NCBI GenBank assembly: GCA_963692915.1
Contig: OY843584.1
Span: 1,580,827 to 1,644,826 of the forward strand
Reading direction: 5' to 3'
Length of the DNA: 64,000 nt
From: Cenarchaeum sp.
GTDB taxonomy: Archaea; Thermoproteota; Nitrososphaeria; Nitrososphaerales; Nitrosopumilaceae
Positions within the stretch are counted from its first letter, which is position 1, and the number at the start of each line of letters is the position of its first letter. A model generated the notes under the pieces. The model saw only the letters and a program-made list of their open reading frames with translations, was not told the DNA's origin and ran no database searches. The translations under genes were made by a program, and so were the position numbers. Positions 63,259-64,000 of this stretch are shown in pieces.

Positions 63259-64000
63259 ATGTCCGGAAAGGCAGGCAAGGCAACAAGCGTGTTCCTAATG
63301 GCGATCATGGTCGCCGGAGGGCTGACGTTCGCCATCCCCGGCGTGCAGCCGGCGATGGCGCAGTCGACGAACGCCAACCTCTCCGTCTCGGCCGAGAGCA
63401 CGGCCTTTGGCAACTACTTCTCCGGCCCGCAGGTCGTCGAGATCGTCATAGTGGATCCGGCCATAGACGAGACCAACGAGGCCAAGGGTGAGCCGGACGT
63501 AAAGCTGAACGGCAAGAAGGTCAGGATGATACAGGCGACGGACGGCAAGTGGTACGCCTACGTCGCCAACAAGGCGCAGGCCGAGCTGGCCGACGGTACT
63601 GCCGACGCCAACCCTGGGCAGGGGCTTGACTTTGGCACCATATGCCTGGACACGGGCGACGCCGATCGCGTCCTGGAGACGGCGCTGGATGCCAACGCTG
63701 GATACTTTTCTGACACGACGGGCGTGGCATTCCCGTTCCAGCAGGCGACCTACTCGTCAGACACCGACACGGATCCTACCCCGATCGCCACGGATTGCAC
63801 CGTCGCCGAGCAAGTCACCGCGGGGCTCAGGGCGGTGACATCGAGTGAGCTCACCGCCAGCACGACGACGATGAACGTCGTGCGCGAGCCCAGGGCGGTG
63901 AACACGAACCAAAACGCCGAGTTTGGCCAGAGCGTCGTCATCGAAAACCCCGTGACGGACGAGGCCCGCGCCGGCGTGTGGCCTTTCATACAGCTCTTCG
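63259..64000 (+). CDS. slaA: Second S-layer protein gene (5' part, runs off the window)
   Basis: Appears nucleotide-identical to 57055-57796. Confidence 0.9.
   Translation, partial: MSGKAGKATSVFLMAIMVAGGLTFAIPGVQPAMAQSTNANLSVSAESTAFGNYFSGPQVVEIVIVDPAIDETNEAKGEPDVKLNGKKVRMIQATDGKWYAYVANKAQAELADGTADANPGQGLDFGTICLDTGDADRVLETALDANAGYFSDTTGVAFPFQQATYSSDTDTDPTPIATDCTVAEQVTAGLRAVTSSELTASTTTMNVVREPRAVNTNQNAEFGQSVVIENPVTDEARAGVWPFIQLF

Noticed and set aside
1-64000. Diversity-generating retroelement or retron behind the paralog variation
   Set aside because: No reverse-transcriptase motif found and paralog differences do not appear adenine-specific

Overview
The window looks like an archaeal (Nitrososphaerota/Thaumarchaeota, Nitrosopumilaceae-like) chromosome segment. 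This rests on a thaumarchaeal-type S-layer gene, thaumarchaeal surface-protein motifs and leaderless genes with TATA boxes about 25 bp upstream. Bases 1 to ~56,900 form a lower-GC, mixed-orientation accessory/defence island of mostly stand-alone genes from a few recurring paralog families: 9 TPR proteins, 4 unusually long HEPN (COG2250-like) proteins without an MNT partner, 3 related PD-(D/E)xK-like nucleases plus a fragment, SIR2-like, OLD ATPase-TOPRIM plus KTSC, AbiJ-like, a GmrSD remnant, DUF3800 and YwgA-like genes. The island also holds an IS481 with derivatives, an IS630 remnant and a GTATGAGGTCAGCACC-ended MITE family with 8-bp TSDs. The most unusual content is four dispersed HK97-fold major-capsid-like genes and a capsid-cement-like gene, with no terminase, portal or tail genes, and a short N-terminal N-D-x-R-x-D-S-M-N-P-N peptide shared by five otherwise unrelated proteins. 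From ~57,000 the GC-rich backbone carries an S-layer gene, a HAD hydrolase and the start of a second S-layer gene whose first ~750 bp are identical to the first. All family calls come from reading motifs by eye; no searches were run.
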